From Acidimicrobiia bacterium (GTDB lineage Bacteria; Actinomycetota; Acidimicrobiia; Spongiisociales; Spongiisociaceae), in NCBI GenBank assembly GCA_041576165.1, contig JBFGLM010000042.1, positions 1 to 40,227 of the forward strand: 40,227 bases of DNA. Direction: 5' to 3'. This document shows positions 39,002 through 40,227 of this stretch, in pieces. The translations under genes and the position numbers were made by a program. The notes under the pieces were generated by a model that did no database searches, was not told the origin of the DNA, and worked only from the letters and a program-made list of their open reading frames with translations. The first letter of the stretch is position 1, and each line of letters starts with the position of its first letter.

Positions 39002-39629
39002 GCTTCACCGCCTCTCGGACCAACACCAATGAACCTTTCGGGCCGGGTACCGCGCCGTTGAGCAGCAACAGTCCTCGCTCTGCGTCCACGTCGACGATGT
39101 CCAGGTTGAGGATGGTGGCCTTTTCGCCGCCCATCCGGCCCGGGAGCTTCTTGCCCTTGAACACGCGCGCCGGGGTGGCACACGCCCCAATGGCTCCGGG
39201 GGCGCGGTGCACCTTGTGCGCACCGTGGCTGGCCCCCTGGCCGGAGAACCCGTGGCGCTTCATCACGCCCTGAAACCCCTTGCCTTTCGAAACCCCGGAT
39301 ACGTCGGCTTTCCCGCCCTTTTCGAAGACGTCCGCCACCGTAATGGCCTGTCCAAGCTCATATGACTCGGGGTCATCCACCCGGAGTTCGAGAAGGTGCC
39401 GGGCGGGAGCGACCTTTGCTTTCTCAAAATGGCCCGCCTGCGGCTTGGTGACCTGCTTCTTGGCCAGCTCTTGGAAAGAGATCTGCACCGCCGTATACCC
39501 ATCCGATTCATCGGTCTTGATCTGTGTGACGTGGCATGGCCCAGCCTTGATGACCGTTACGGGGATCGCCCGCGCCTCGTCATCAAATATCTGGGTCATG
39601 CCCAGCTTCTCGCCCAGAATCGCCTTCAT
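38994..39629 (-). CDS. rplC: 50S ribosomal protein L3
   Basis: [23 protein letters not shown] and GAVPG. GGAGGAG SD before ATG 39629. Confidence 0.98.
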   Translation of the reverse strand: MKAILGEKLGMTQIFDDEARAIPVTVIKAGPCHVTQIKTDESDGYTAVQISFQELAKKQVTKPQAGHFEKAKVAPARHLLELRVDDPESYELGQAITVADVFEKGGKADVSGVSKGKGFQGVMKRHGFSGQGASHGAHKVHRAPGAIGACATPARVFKGKKLPGRMGGEKATILNLDIVDVDAERGLLLLNGAVPGPKGSLVLVREAVKHG

Positions 39630-39726
39630 GGTCGCTCCTCCCACAGAGGGACAATCCCCCTGCGCCCGCCGAGGTGGATGGCCCACAGGTCGACCCGCGA
39701 GCTAGCGCCGAACTGCAGTCCGCGCC

Positions 39727-40044
39727 TCATAGTTTGATCTCCACTTCTACCCCGGCCGGAAGGTCGAGCCTCATCAGCGAGTCGACTGTCTTGGGAGTTG
39801 GTGAGAGAATGTCGATGAGCCGCTTGTGAATCCGCATCTCGAAATGCTCGCGAGAGTCTTTGTTGACGTGGGGCGACCGAATCACTGTATAACGATGAAT
39901 TTCGGTAGGTAGTGGCACGGGTCCTCGGATGAATGCCGAAGTACGAACGACGGTTTCGGCGATCTTACGCGCAGACTCGTCGACCACTTCGTGGTCGTAA
40001 GCCTTGAGCCTTATACGAATCTTTTGTTCGTTGTCTGCCATCAT
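39727..40044 (-). CDS. rpsJ: 30S ribosomal protein S10
   Basis: [18 protein letters not shown] and [14 protein letters not shown]. Confidence 0.98.
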   Translation of the reverse strand: MMADNEQKIRIRLKAYDHEVVDESARKIAETVVRTSAFIRGPVPLPTEIHRYTVIRSPHVNKDSREHFEMRIHKRLIDILSPTPKTVDSLMRLDLPAGVEVEIKL

Positions 40045-40085
40045 TTCTCGCTATCGTTCGTTGATGTACCGCGGGATCTATCTGA

Positions 40086-40227
40086 CTACGTGGTGATTGT
40101 GATGACGGTGCCGGCGCCTACGGTGCGGCCACCCTCCCGGATGGCGAAACGGAGACCCTCATCCATCGCGATCGGCGCCCCCAACACCACCCCCATCTCG
40201 GTGTTATCCCCCGGCATCACCATCTCG
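40086..40227 (-). CDS. tuf: Elongation factor Tu, 3' end (partial, runs off the window)
   Basis: Manual translation gives [43 protein letters not shown]. Confidence 0.97.
   Translation of the reverse strand, partial: EMVMPGDNTEMGVVLGAPIAMDEGLRFAIREGGRTVGAGTVITITT

Overview
High-GC actinobacterial chromosomal segment; an Acidimicrobiia-like lineage is inferred from gene order and protein style. The right ~16 kb is the minus-strand tuf(3' end)-S10-spc-alpha ribosomal superoperon. It lacks infA, carries a long non-zinc S14, and has a repeat-extended S3. An ~8.4 kb block separates rplQ from truA: a SARP-LuxR-ATPase regulator, OsmC plus two flavoproteins, a decayed gene, a NUDIX hydrolase and a Yip1-like protein. 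Next come truA-rplM-rpsI-glmM-glmS, with a glmS ribozyme in the glmS leader. The left part holds metabolic genes, including a divergent citrate synthase / HTH-citrate synthase pair. The top finding is missed by the ORF track. A MerB (organomercurial lyase)-like gene lies between acpS and glmS. Its TGA at 10218-10220 sits at the second catalytic Cys position and is followed by an fdhF-like SECIS hairpin and 65 further in-frame codons, so it is a probable stand-alone selenocysteine MerB-like lyase outside any mer operon. No rRNA, tRNA, CRISPR array or transposase was recognised.
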